DNA of 64,000 nucleotides from a virus (Duplodnaviria; Heunggongvirae; Uroviricota; Caudoviricetes): IMG/VR virus record IMGVR_UViG_2565956726_000008; one strand, 5' to 3'. Shown piece by piece: positions 26,859 to 36,462 of this stretch (position 1 is its first letter; each line of letters starts with the position of its first letter). The notes under the pieces were generated by a model. It saw only the letters and a program-made list of their open reading frames with translations, ran no database searches and was not told where the DNA came from. The position numbers and the translations under genes were made by a program.

Positions 26859-27431
26859 ATGGCTAAGGCTAAAGGCATTAAGTTGCCTCAATTCAAAGTC
26901 CCGCTCTTTGAGCATACAACCGTTTTCTTTTGCCCGACCCGCGAGATGTTCTATGAATTTTGCGAAAAGGCCGGAATACCAATCGAACCTGATTTCGAAC
27001 TAGCTGGCGGTCTGACGTTAACCTGTACTGGTGAGACCGGCGGTAATTTCTACGTGATCGCAGTATTCAACAATGAGACTGGAACGCTGGTCCATGAATG
27101 CGCTCACACTACATTCCACGTTTTAAGTGATGTAGGCGTCGTGGCGACCACTGATCCTACTCATCCTGCGAATGAGACTTACGCTTACATGGTTGGACGT
27201 ATCTTTGACGCATTCTTCCCAATCCTGGCTGAATCAAACGAAGCACAGATCACAGCGATGCAGGCGGCTGAAGTCGTTGAGCAGGCGTTAGAAAAGGCAG
27301 AGCAGGCGACTGATGCAGCAGAACAGGCAGAGGAGCCGAAAGAAGAGAAAAAACCAGCTAAGAAAGGCAAACGTAAGCCGAAAGCAAAAGAGGCGCTTGT
27401 ACCGCGCGTTATGAGCTTTAAGAGAGGGTAA
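26859..27431 (+). CDS. HExxH-motif protein with polybasic C-terminal tail
   Basis: 190 aa; VHECAHTTFH (H-E-x-x-H); C-terminus EEKKPAKKGKRKPKAKE. Confidence 0.5.
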   Translation: MAKAKGIKLPQFKVPLFEHTTVFFCPTREMFYEFCEKAGIPIEPDFELAGGLTLTCTGETGGNFYVIAVFNNETGTLVHECAHTTFHVLSDVGVVATTDPTHPANETYAYMVGRIFDAFFPILAESNEAQITAMQAAEVVEQALEKAEQATDAAEQAEEPKEEKKPAKKGKRKPKAKEALVPRVMSFKRG

Positions 27432-27433
27432 TT

Positions 27434-27502
27434 ATGTTTACTTTTCTGTTAGGCGTATTTGTTGGCATAGCTGCCGCTGTGATCTTGATATACGGACATT
27501 GA
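27434..27502 (+). CDS. hydrophobic mini-ORF 1 (22 aa)
   Basis: MFTFLLGVFVGIAAAVILIYGH; RBS gagaggg. Confidence 0.35.
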   Translation: MFTFLLGVFVGIAAAVILIYGH

Positions 27503-27506
27503 TATT

Positions 27507-27602
27507 ATGGACGCTTACATCATCGCCGGATTAATCGGAGTTTCTGTATTTCTGGTTGGTTTTATTATAGCCGTACTGATAACCGTAATGAGCAAGTATT
27601 AG
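27507..27602 (+). CDS. hydrophobic mini-ORF 2 (31 aa)
   Basis: MDAYIIAGLIGVSVFLVGFIIAVLITVMSKY. Confidence 0.35.
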   Translation: MDAYIIAGLIGVSVFLVGFIIAVLITVMSKY

Positions 27603-27615
27603 ATGGGGTGGCAAG

Positions 27616-27690
27616 ATGATTGACCTGCTCATTATCCTTTCTGCCTGCGTCGCTGTATGGCTGGCTATCATGATATTCATTGAAAGCTGA
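27616..27690 (+). CDS. hydrophobic mini-ORF 3 (24 aa)
   Basis: MIDLLIILSACVAVWLAIMIFIES. Confidence 0.35.
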   Translation: MIDLLIILSACVAVWLAIMIFIES

Positions 27691-27701
27691 AGGTATTCAC
27701 C

Positions 27702-27782
27702 ATGAACGCATATGAAATGCTATTGCTGGTGGCTGTAGTTGTAGTCATTGCCGTAGATGTTTATCGGGAGTTTAAAAAATGA
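27702..27782 (+). CDS. hydrophobic mini-ORF 4 (26 aa)
   Basis: MNAYEMLLLVAVVVVIAVDVYREFKK; RBS gaaggt. Confidence 0.35.
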   Translation: MNAYEMLLLVAVVVVIAVDVYREFKK

Positions 27783-27847
27783 AATGGCTTGATTTCTTTT
27801 TCCTGATCGTTGCGATTGTTCTTACCATGACCGCGTTAACTCAATAG
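27779..27847 (+). CDS. hydrophobic mini-ORF 5 (22 aa)
   Basis: MKWLDFFFLIVAIVLTMTALTQ; ATGA overlap. Confidence 0.35.
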   Translation: MKWLDFFFLIVAIVLTMTALTQ

Positions 27848-27855
27848 GTGAACGC

Positions 27856-27930
27856 ATGAATGCTATTGATATTATGTTGATCGTGTGTACCGTTGCGTTA
27901 ATTATTATTGGGGTGATTATCAACGTCTGA
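27856..27930 (+). CDS. hydrophobic mini-ORF 6 (24 aa)
   Basis: MNAIDIMLIVCTVALIIIGVIINV; RBS aggtg. Confidence 0.35.
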   Translation: MNAIDIMLIVCTVALIIIGVIINV

Positions 27931-27946
27931 CAGTGACTTCTTAATT

Positions 27947-27991
27947 ATGGCTATATGCACGTTGTTAGTCGTTATCGTTTTCTTCGCATAA
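27947..27991 (+). CDS. hydrophobic mini-ORF 7 (14 aa)
   Basis: MAICTLLVVIVFFA. Confidence 0.25.
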   Translation: MAICTLLVVIVFFA

Positions 27992-28000
27992 AGGTAAACA

Positions 28001-28084
28001 ATGAAAGAGCTATTCGACTGGTTGGAAGTATTAACATACTGCGCAAGTTTTGTGGCTTGCGTATATATCATCAATAAATATTAA
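28001..28084 (+). CDS. hydrophobic mini-ORF 8 (27 aa)
   Basis: MKELFDWLEVLTYCASFVACVYIINKY; RBS aaaggt. Confidence 0.35.
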   Translation: MKELFDWLEVLTYCASFVACVYIINKY

Positions 28085-28093
28085 AGGGGTGAC

Positions 28094-28240
28094 ATGGTGA
28101 GCAATGAAGAACTAAAAATGGCTGATGAAATCAGAAAGGCACTTGACGCGGCAGAAAACAATGAAACCGTCTACTTTTCCGAACGGGAAGTAGAAAAGAT
28201 GATGGATGAATTTAAATTAAAATTTGAAAAAGATAATTGA
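28094..28240 (+). CDS. small hydrophilic protein (48 aa)
   Basis: ATG with aaagggg RBS. Confidence 0.35.
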   Translation: MVSNEELKMADEIRKALDAAENNETVYFSEREVEKMMDEFKLKFEKDN

Positions 28241-28250
28241 GAGGTGAAAT

Positions 28251-28766
28251 ATGGCCCGCACTAAAAAGGCAAATGCTGACGATAAAAAGCCAGCAGCTAG
28301 AAAGGTGGGCCGTCCGCATGGTTATACCGAAGAAAAGGCATTAGAGATCTGTGAACTGGTGGCGGACGGTCAGAGCGTTAACAAAATTTCGAAGATGCCT
28401 GGTATGCCTACCCGTTCAACAATCCTGAAATGGTTTAGAGACGTGCCGGAATTCTCGGACATGTACATGCGCGCGAAGGAAATCGGCTTCGAGGTATTAG
28501 CTGATGAGATCCTCGATATAGCTGATGATGCTAAGAACGTTGATAAAGACCAACTACGCCGCCACCAACTGATGATTGAAACGCGCAAATGGTTACTGGC
28601 AAAACTGCAACCGCGCAAATATGGCGAACGCGTCACACAGGAGATCGTCGGTAACAAGGAAGAAGCACCCGTCCAGGTAGAAGTAAATCAGACTACTGTC
28701 CTTGAGATAATCGATAACCTGAATAAGGAGTACAATACTCATGGAGACTGCGACGACAAAGATTGA
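28251..28766 (+). CDS. terminase small subunit
   Basis: 171 aa; basic N-terminus, HTH-like segment; immediately upstream of and overlapping TerL. Confidence 0.75.
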   Translation: MARTKKANADDKKPAARKVGRPHGYTEEKALEICELVADGQSVNKISKMPGMPTRSTILKWFRDVPEFSDMYMRAKEIGFEVLADEILDIADDAKNVDKDQLRRHQLMIETRKWLLAKLQPRKYGERVTQEIVGNKEEAPVQVEVNQTTVLEIIDNLNKEYNTHGDCDDKD

Positions 28767-30255
28767 CAGAGAGGTTCTAAGGGGGTTGTGTGTTAAAGGT
28801 TGTGCTCCCAAAGACATATCAGCACCTTTGTTTTTTAGTTCCTACTTTTATAAGCAACAGGTTGGCAAGGACTTTTTGGTTGGGCGTCATCACAGAATAA
28901 TTGCCGATACGCTACAACGAGTTATTAATGGTGAAATCACCAGGTTGATAATCAACATCCCACCGGGCTATGGCAAAACAATGATTGCCACAATTCACAT
29001 GATGGCCCGCTGCCTCGCAATAGAACCCCGCACCAGATTCCTGCATGTATCGTATTCACACGGACTCGCCTTGCTTAATTCCTCAGAGACAAGAAACATA
29101 ATCACGATGCCGCAATATCAGGAATTGTGGCCTATGCAAATGCGCAACGATTCGAACGCGAAAAACCTGTGGTGGACCACTCAGGGTGGCGGCGTGTATG
29201 CGACGTCATCGCTTGGACAGGTGACAGGGTTCCGCGCCGGGTACATGGAACCTGGGTTTAACGGCGCAATGATTATTGATGACCCCCTGAAACCAGCTGA
29301 CGCTTATTCTGATGTGGTGCGAAAGCAGGTTAATACCAATTACAACGACACGCTTTCTTCGCGCCTGGCTGTGCAAACAACGCCAGTGATCGTCATCATG
29401 CAGCGTATCCACTACGATGATTTATCCGGCTACCTGTTACGTGGCGGTAGTGGTGAGAAATGGCACCACCTTTGCCTGCCAGTGAAGATCGACAACAGTC
29501 TTGACTATTGGGATCTGTACCCGGAAAACAAATTTGCTATTCCTGTTCCTCACAACCTGCCGGATGGCTGGCTATGGTTGCATAAGCATAGTGATAAAGA
29601 TGAATCAACTCTTAAATCACATCGCCGAACATTCGAAGCTCAATATATGCAGTGTCCGCGCAAGTTCGATCAAGAGGGCGCATTGTGGACTGAAGCGATG
29701 ATAACCGCCGCGCACATGATGCAGATAACGCAGGAGAAAATTCGCACGGTGATAGCCATCGACCCGGCGACAACATCATCTGATGAGTCAGACGAAACAG
29801 GGATTGTAGCCTGTTCCGCTTATGGTGGTGGCAAGAATGCTCAGTATTCAGTAGACGGTGACTACTCAGGCCGCATGTCACCTAATGACTGGGCGCAAGC
29901 AGCAATGAACGCCTACAACATCCATGAAGCTGACGCGATGGTTATCGAAACCAACCAGGGTGGTGATATGGCAGAGGCCACACTACGCAATGCAGGATTT
30001 AAGGGCCGCATTGTTAAGGTGCACGCAAGCAAGGGTAAATTTGCCCGCGCCGAACCAATATCTGCATTGTATGCACAGGGTAGGGTAGCCCACACTGGCA
30101 GCCTGTACACGCTGGAAAATCAAATGATGGAATATGTGCCAGCTACCGCTAAAAAATCCCCTGACCGTATGGATGCGATGGTATGGGGGATCACTGAATT
30201 AAGCCAACCACAGGCGATGGGTCTTATGTTACCTAAACGCCTGCGCGGATTTTAA
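28741..30255 (+). CDS. terminase large subunit
   Basis: 504 aa; Walker A-like PPGYGKT, Walker B-like AMIIDDP, C-terminal nuclease-like region. Confidence 0.85.
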   Translation: METATTKIDREVLRGLCVKGCAPKDISAPLFFSSYFYKQQVGKDFLVGRHHRIIADTLQRVINGEITRLIINIPPGYGKTMIATIHMMARCLAIEPRTRFLHVSYSHGLALLNSSETRNIITMPQYQELWPMQMRNDSNAKNLWWTTQGGGVYATSSLGQVTGFRAGYMEPGFNGAMIIDDPLKPADAYSDVVRKQVNTNYNDTLSSRLAVQTTPVIVIMQRIHYDDLSGYLLRGGSGEKWHHLCLPVKIDNSLDYWDLYPENKFAIPVPHNLPDGWLWLHKHSDKDESTLKSHRRTFEAQYMQCPRKFDQEGALWTEAMITAAHMMQITQEKIRTVIAIDPATTSSDESDETGIVACSAYGGGKNAQYSVDGDYSGRMSPNDWAQAAMNAYNIHEADAMVIETNQGGDMAEATLRNAGFKGRIVKVHASKGKFARAEPISALYAQGRVAHTGSLYTLENQMMEYVPATAKKSPDRMDAMVWGITELSQPQAMGLMLPKRLRGF

Positions 30256-30403
30256 GTTATTGATTATTATCAACTTCGAAAAATTTTCGAAGATGAACAA
30301 GAATAATTCTCAATTGGCTACATAAAATCTGTCTCACAATCCCCCACAAGTTTTTCTATTTTTCGCGTAGCAACGCGTAAACATGTATTCAGGAGTAAAC
30401 ATT

Positions 30404-31774
30404 ATGCCATCCAATTTAGAATTGGCGGTTAATGCTGCCTTGTCACAACGCAAGGCGGCCTTTGCCCGCTATGCAGCCGCTAACCCATTCTCAATGGGTA
30501 TTGATGCAAAGCGTGATGCTGCGTGGAGTGAATACGGATTCAAAGAAGAAATCACCTATGACGATCTTTATAAACTGTATCGTCGCGGTGGTATCGCTCA
30601 CGGCGCTATTGAAAAGATCATCACTACGTGCTGGCGCACCAGGCCAACGCTGATTGAAGGTACGGAAGACGAGAAAGCGGAAACGGAAACGCCGTGGGAA
30701 AGAGAAATCAAAAAACGATTTGATAATCGTTTCTGGCGCGTCATAGCTGAATGCGATCGCCGCCGCCTCATTGGTCGTTATGCTGGCCTGTTAATTCACG
30801 TCAGGGATAACCAGCCGTGGGATCAGCCAGTGACGAAAGGTGTAGGCATTGCCAAATTTACCCCTGTATGGGCTGGTGCTCTGACGCCGAAGGACTTCGA
30901 AGAAAACCCGGATAAAGAAAACTATGGCCTGCCTACATGGTGGGAATACAAGGAGCGCATCAATAGTAAGACCATAGCAAGAAAGATACATCCAGACCGG
31001 ATATTCATCTTCGGTGACTATTCTGATGATGCTATCGCTTTCCTTGAGCCGTCCTATAACGCTTTTGTATCGCTGGAGAAAGTGGAAGGAGGTAGCGGTG
31101 AATCCTTTCTAAAAAACGCCGCACGTCAACTGGCTATCTCGTTCGATAAAGAGATTGATTTCCGTTCCCTGGCTGCAACATACGGTTGCGACGTTACAGA
31201 GCTACGCGAAAAATTCAATGAAGCGGCAGAGGATATAAACAAAGGGAATGATGTGATGATGGCATTACAGGGAGCCACCGTTAGCCCGCTGGTCACTGCC
31301 GTAGCAGATCCGTCCGCAACCTATGACGTCAACCTGCAAACCGCCGCCGCTGGTATCGACATTCCAACGCGTATCCTGGTTGGGAATCAGCAGGGCGAAC
31401 GCGCATCAACCGAAGACCTCCGCTACTTCAATAACCGCTGCATGACCCGCCGTGAGGAAATAGGAGGTGAGCTTGAGGAGCTATTCCGCAAGATGGCAGA
31501 TCTCCGCCTTATCAGTATGCCAGTAGACGTATCTGTACTGTGGGACGACCTTAACGCCATGACAAAAGCAGAGCTACTCGACGCGGCATACAAAATGGCA
31601 CAAATCAATCAGGCATGTCTCGCTACTGGTGAGGAAATATTCAGCGGTGACGAGATCCGCGAAGCTGCCGGATACGATGGCCCGGCTAGTGAGGTAGAAC
31701 TGGAAGAGGAAAACGATGATGAATGTGAAGAAGATAATCAGGCGAATACCTCCAGCCGCGATAATGCCATCTAA
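30404..31774 (+). CDS. portal protein
   Basis: about 456 aa from ATG 30404 with aggag RBS; size and position after TerL; acidic C-terminus. Confidence 0.7.
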   Translation: MPSNLELAVNAALSQRKAAFARYAAANPFSMGIDAKRDAAWSEYGFKEEITYDDLYKLYRRGGIAHGAIEKIITTCWRTRPTLIEGTEDEKAETETPWEREIKKRFDNRFWRVIAECDRRRLIGRYAGLLIHVRDNQPWDQPVTKGVGIAKFTPVWAGALTPKDFEENPDKENYGLPTWWEYKERINSKTIARKIHPDRIFIFGDYSDDAIAFLEPSYNAFVSLEKVEGGSGESFLKNAARQLAISFDKEIDFRSLAATYGCDVTELREKFNEAAEDINKGNDVMMALQGATVSPLVTAVADPSATYDVNLQTAAAGIDIPTRILVGNQQGERASTEDLRYFNNRCMTRREEIGGELEELFRKMADLRLISMPVDVSVLWDDLNAMTKAELLDAAYKMAQINQACLATGEEIFSGDEIREAAGYDGPASEVELEEENDDECEEDNQANTSSRDNAI

Positions 31775-32660
31775 CACCGAAGACCCGACCATGACAGGGA
31801 AGTTAAGGTCTGGTGCTATTAAGCGTTTCAAATCCTGCCTGAAAAAAGTAGCCGATCCATATATCGCCATATTGGACAGAATCCAATATAGCCTGGCTGT
31901 TAATAAGAAATACACCTTTCAGATTTACATGGATGAATTTCACGACATGCTGGAGGACGCAAGCGACATGATTGATGAGATATTCGAGTTAACAGACACG
32001 GAAAACTTCTGGTTCTGGCAGAATTACGTGAAGGTGGCCTATCAGCGCGGCACGGCACAGGAATATGCCAACCTCGCTAACCAGTCTGTCACGTACTCAA
32101 GCGCCTACCCTGATGTATCTGCCGTGTTATCAAGCACAACTTACCGCACCCGCCTTGCCCTGGTACGTACCCGTGTATTTGAGGAAATGCGCGGGCTGAC
32201 CGCACAGATCAAAAAGGATATGGCAAGAAGATTAACCGAAGGTATGGCACGCGGTTTAAATCCACTGGAAATAGCGCGCACATTGAATCAGGAGACGCGG
32301 TTACCGCTATACAGGTGCAAACGTATTGCCCGAACTGAAATATGCACAGCGTTACGCACAGCGCGTATGGATGAGGCAGAAGCGGCGACAGAAGAATTTA
32401 ATCTGCGCACTATGCAAATGCACATTTCGGCATTATCACCGACTACCAGGCTATCGCACGCGCAGCGGCACGGTAAAACATACACCATAGATGAGCAGCG
32501 CGAATGGTGGAGTAGATCCCCTAATTCAATTAACTGCAAATGTAGCACGATTACCGTATTAGTTGACGAAGACGGTAACATATTAAACGAACGAATATTA
32601 GATCTGGCGCAAGAAAACTATAAAGTTGCGCACGCTAAATATGGCGAAGATTGGGAGTAA
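31716..32660 (+). CDS. head morphogenesis (minor head) protein
   Basis: 314 aa ORF overlapping portal 3' end (true start may be ATG near 31790); size and position typical. Confidence 0.5.
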   Translation: MMNVKKIIRRIPPAAIMPSNTEDPTMTGKLRSGAIKRFKSCLKKVADPYIAILDRIQYSLAVNKKYTFQIYMDEFHDMLEDASDMIDEIFELTDTENFWFWQNYVKVAYQRGTAQEYANLANQSVTYSSAYPDVSAVLSSTTYRTRLALVRTRVFEEMRGLTAQIKKDMARRLTEGMARGLNPLEIARTLNQETRLPLYRCKRIARTEICTALRTARMDEAEAATEEFNLRTMQMHISALSPTTRLSHAQRHGKTYTIDEQREWWSRSPNSINCKCSTITVLVDEDGNILNERILDLAQENYKVAHAKYGEDWE

Positions 32661-32665
32661 AAACC

Positions 32666-33934
32666 GTGAGTAAAGAATTAATTCAGGTTAATACCAAATT
32701 AACCGCTAATACCATACGCCGGGAAACGTATAACGGGCGGGAACATATTGTTGTTCCGTCCTACACGTTACCCTTTAACATCGTAATGAACCGGGAATAT
32801 TACCCGGAAGCTGAAATTATCGCTAATTACCAGTCACTGGAGGGTACGCTTGCCCCGCTGGGCCATCCTACCGTTGACGGTAAATTTGTTTCAGCATTTA
32901 GCCCGGAAGGATTAAACACGGGTTTTTGTGGTGCGTGGAACAGAAACGTTGAGTTACGCGGCAACCGTGTTTATGTGGAAAAATGGGTGGATGTGGAAAC
33001 CGCCAGCCATTCAAGCCAGGGCCGCGAATTATTAGCCAGACTGGAAGCACTGGAGAAAGGAGAAAGCAAAGATCCTATCTGGTCGTCCGTCGCTGTATAT
33101 CGCCAGCGTATGCCAGCCACCGAAAAAATGAAAGCCCAGGGTGCTGACCATGTAGTGAAAATCATGTCGATCGACCATGACGCTATCTTGCTGCATGAGC
33201 CGCCAGCCGCTTCGCCGGAACAGGGCGTAGGCTTAATGGTTAATACCGACCAGGCGAAGCCGTTAATGGCGGTGGCAATGAAAGAAAATAGCTATCGCAC
33301 ACTTGAAAAACAGTTAACCGCTGCCGCGCGGGAAATGTTCCCTGACGCTGATTACGTATACGTGGTGGACTTCACTGATAGAGAGGTGACGATCGCCACT
33401 AATGAAAACTGTGCGGAAAGATACAACTACGAAAAACAGGCTGATAAAATTATTCTCAATAATGGCGAGCTTGCAACCAACGAGGAAAGTAAATCATGGT
33501 TTGCTCAGTTCGCTGAACACCTTTCTAATCTTTTCTCCCTGAATGAAAAAATTAAGGCCAATAAATCGGAGGACGATCCCATGCCTTTGACAAAAGAAGA
33601 ACGCGCCGAACTGGTAAAAGAAATTAACGAAGGCTTATCCGCCAATATCGCTAATGCAGTAGCAGAGGCATTAAAACCAGTACAGGCAAGCGTTGAAGAA
33701 TTACAGACCAATCAGAAAGCGATTAAAGAAGAGATCGCAGCAAACGCAAATAAAGAAGAAGCAGAAAAACGCGCCGCAGTAGCAAAAGTACACGGCGAAA
33801 TTGTTGCTAACGCATTAAGCGGTGAAGCATTAGAGGCAATGTTTAAATCCCTGGGTAAAGCAACTCCGCTAGCCGCCAACACAGCAAGTGAAGACAAAAA
33901 AGGTGAAGTCCCTGACTTTAACACTTATTTCTAA
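32666..33934 (+). CDS. putative scaffolding protein (possibly with prohead protease region)
   Basis: about 422 aa from GTG with ggag RBS; Ala/Glu/Lys-rich C-terminal half; lies between head morphogenesis and capsid genes. Confidence 0.45.
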   Translation: MSKELIQVNTKLTANTIRRETYNGREHIVVPSYTLPFNIVMNREYYPEAEIIANYQSLEGTLAPLGHPTVDGKFVSAFSPEGLNTGFCGAWNRNVELRGNRVYVEKWVDVETASHSSQGRELLARLEALEKGESKDPIWSSVAVYRQRMPATEKMKAQGADHVVKIMSIDHDAILLHEPPAASPEQGVGLMVNTDQAKPLMAVAMKENSYRTLEKQLTAAAREMFPDADYVYVVDFTDREVTIATNENCAERYNYEKQADKIILNNGELATNEESKSWFAQFAEHLSNLFSLNEKIKANKSEDDPMPLTKEERAELVKEINEGLSANIANAVAEALKPVQASVEELQTNQKAIKEEIAANANKEEAEKRAAVAKVHGEIVANALSGEALEAMFKSLGKATPLAANTASEDKKGEVPDFNTYF

Positions 33935-33948
33935 CTGGAGGGAATACA

Positions 33949-34377
33949 ATGTCTCGTTTTTGTCGTGTAAATATTGATGGTAAATCCATTACCGAAACCT
34001 ACACTGCTAAGGTCGCAGTAAAACCAGGTGAACTGGTAAAACTGGACGGAGGTGAGTTTGCAAAAGCAACCAGTGCTGATGTCGGTGCAGCTCAGTTGTA
34101 CATCGTCAACCCGGCATTCCACGAAGGCAAAACCATTACTGATGCAATCGCTGCAAATGAAACTGTTGTTGCTGATTATGTGGAACAGGGCCGAGAGTTT
34201 GCTCTCCTTGTTCCTGCAGCCGCTTATGTTAAGGGTGCAGCTATTGCTCTCGCAGCCGACGGGGTGAAACTGTTTGTTGCGCCAAGTGAACAGGCAGCGC
34301 CAGATCCGATCATCGCATACTGCCAGGAAGACGTAACCCTGGAAGCGGAAGATTTTATCCGCGTTCGCGTTGCTTAA
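33949..34377 (+). CDS. head structural protein (decoration-like)
   Basis: 142 aa; RBS ggaggg; immediately upstream of major capsid gene. Confidence 0.45.
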   Translation: MSRFCRVNIDGKSITETYTAKVAVKPGELVKLDGGEFAKATSADVGAAQLYIVNPAFHEGKTITDAIAANETVVADYVEQGREFALLVPAAAYVKGAAIALAADGVKLFVAPSEQAAPDPIIAYCQEDVTLEAEDFIRVRVA

Positions 34378-34394
34378 TTTAAAAGGGGAAAAAC

Positions 34395-35459
34395 ATGTAC
34401 TTTACAAAAGAAAACCTTGCCACCAACGCCCGTATGCAGGGCCATTGGAAAGAACTGTGGGCGCAACGCAATATCTTCAACGAGCAGCACAACGCCATGA
34501 TTGCAGCAAATCAGGCAAATATGACCGCTGAAATGTTGACCTGTAACGCCGTCGGCGGCTTCGCAAAAGAATTCTGGAAAGAAATCGATAACCAGATTAT
34601 CGAACTGAACACCGAAGAAATCGGTATTGAGATCGTAAACGACCTGATGGGTGTGCAAACCGTGCTGCCAGTCGGTAAAACGCTGAAAATGTACAACGTA
34701 TCCGGTGACATCAATGATGAAGTTGTGATGTCTATGGATGGTCAAGCGCCACACGGCTTTGATCACACCGAATACGATAGCGATGGCGACCCGATCCCGA
34801 TGTTCGCGGCTGGTTACGGTGTTAACTGGCGTCTCGCTCAGGGCTTGAATACTGTAGGCATCGACCTTGCCCTGGATAGTCAGCGCCTGAAACTGAAAAA
34901 ATTCAACAAAGCACGCGTCCAGTTCTACCTGAATGGTAACGATCGCATCGTGGTTGATGGTCATAAAGCTATGGGTATTAAAAACCACAAAAGCACCCAG
35001 CAGCTTAAACTAAAAACCGTCGCAAAAGTCGACCTGACTACTGCGGTTTTCGACAAGATCATTGACTTCTTCACCGTTGGTGAGTTCGGCAAGCTGGCTC
35101 GCGCCAACTTCGTAGCTAAATACGACGTCATGTGGGTATCGCCTGAGATCATGGCTAACCTGGCCCGTCCACACATCGTCAATGGTGCTGTAGTCGGTAG
35201 CGTGCTGAGCGTCATTATGCCGTTCGCTCCGGTTGGTGAGATTCGCCAGAGCTATGCATTGTCCGGCAACGAGTTCATTGCTTATCAGCGCAGCCGTAGC
35301 GTAATTACCCCGCTGGTTGGTATGACTACTGGTGTTGTACCGTTACCGCGCATGATGCCGACTGATAACTACAACTTCCGCATCATGTCCGCTGAGGGTC
35401 TGCAAATCACCCGTGACATGGAAGGTCGTTCAGGAGTGGTCTACGGCAGCAATACCTGA
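34395..35459 (+). CDS. major capsid protein
   Basis: 354 aa; strong RBS aagggg; size and position; followed by strong terminator hairpin. Confidence 0.75.
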   Translation: MYFTKENLATNARMQGHWKELWAQRNIFNEQHNAMIAANQANMTAEMLTCNAVGGFAKEFWKEIDNQIIELNTEEIGIEIVNDLMGVQTVLPVGKTLKMYNVSGDINDEVVMSMDGQAPHGFDHTEYDSDGDPIPMFAAGYGVNWRLAQGLNTVGIDLALDSQRLKLKKFNKARVQFYLNGNDRIVVDGHKAMGIKNHKSTQQLKLKTVAKVDLTTAVFDKIIDFFTVGEFGKLARANFVAKYDVMWVSPEIMANLARPHIVNGAVVGSVLSVIMPFAPVGEIRQSYALSGNEFIAYQRSRSVITPLVGMTTGVVPLPRMMPTDNYNFRIMSAEGLQITRDMEGRSGVVYGSNT

Positions 35460-35476
35460 TTGATATGTTTCTGTAG

Positions 35477-35507
35477 CTCCCCGGCGCAATGCCGGGGATT
35501 TTTTTTG
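35477..35507 (+). terminator. Rho-independent terminator after capsid gene
   Basis: ctccccggcgcaatgccgggg + tttttttt. Confidence 0.85.
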
Positions 35508-35524
35508 TATGTGGAGAAAACAAA

Positions 35525-35911
35525 ATGGTTACCACACAACAGGCGCGGGAATATCTCGAAAGCCAGGGGATTGAAATACCAGACGTGGTTTTATCTTTGC
35601 TGGTGGAGCAGGCAAATAGCGTTAATGAATGCCTTGATGCCAATTATCCGTCCTCCACTGCAACATTGATTCAGCTTTATCTCATTGGCCTGTTAGGACT
35701 CAGCCAGGCTGATAAATACGTTTCCTCGCAGACTGGTCCGAACGGTGCAAGCCAGTCTTACCGCTATGTCGATTTTAATAAGCGATGGAAGGCGGCCTAT
35801 TCGTTGCTTTACTCACTGGACAAACACCATTGTACAGCCGAACTAATTCCACCAGATCCAGAAAACACCGTGCACGCCGGGCTGTGGATTGGTAAGAGCA
35901 GGAGGATGTGA
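35525..35911 (+). CDS. head-tail connector/completion protein candidate
   Basis: 128 aa from ATG 35525 with ggag RBS (ORF-track start lies inside the terminator hairpin). Confidence 0.45.
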   Translation: MVTTQQAREYLESQGIEIPDVVLSLLVEQANSVNECLDANYPSSTATLIQLYLIGLLGLSQADKYVSSQTGPNGASQSYRYVDFNKRWKAAYSLLYSLDKHHCTAELIPPDPENTVHAGLWIGKSRRM

Positions 35912-36099
35912 CAATGTGGAACGACCTGACATTACCAAATCCAGTATTGCCGAAACCATTTACCCGCGTGTGGGTTAAAACGGATAGCGGACGCCAGGTG
36001 GCGGCCTACCTCAATGATGCTGGCTTATGGGTAATTCTTTGCCCGCGCGTGGCGAAAACTCATCCAAAGGTCATTAGCTGGAGTTACGGCTATGAGTAA
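35908..36099 (+). CDS. hypothetical structural-module protein (63 aa)
   Basis: ORF coupled to neighbours. Confidence 0.4.
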   Translation: MTMWNDLTLPNPVLPKPFTRVWVKTDSGRQVAAYLNDAGLWVILCPRVAKTHPKVISWSYGYE

Positions 36100-36460
36100 G
36101 ATTGCGCGATTCAGTTACAAGGCATTAGCCACCATCTACCCCGTAACGCATGACGACTGGACAAACGCCGACGTATACGGCGCACCATACCTGATTAACT
36201 GCGCATGGGAGCGCACCGACGGCACTGCAACAGACACAAACGGTAATGAGGTTAGCAATACAATAACCGTATTTACCGAACTGCTTCATAATATGCAGCC
36301 AGTGCAGCGCCCGAAAAACGGCTGGATGATTGCCACTGGCGACACCACTAATATTTCCGACCCGCTGGTGGCTGGGGCCAACGTTATTACCGGGATCGTT
36401 GAATGGGATATGAGCATGTTTAACGACACGCCGGATTATAAGATCGTGACAGGGGGTTAA
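36092..36460 (+). CDS. head-tail joining protein candidate (122 aa)
   Basis: ORF in head-tail connector cluster. Confidence 0.45.
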   Translation: MSKIARFSYKALATIYPVTHDDWTNADVYGAPYLINCAWERTDGTATDTNGNEVSNTITVFTELLHNMQPVQRPKNGWMIATGDTTNISDPLVAGANVITGIVEWDMSMFNDTPDYKIVTGG

Positions 36461-36462
36461 TC

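Noticed and set aside
34374-34988. 204-aa minus-strand ORF overlapping the major capsid gene
   Set aside because: Antisense shadow ORF in a plus-strand structural operon; His/Phe/Val-rich low-complexity translation
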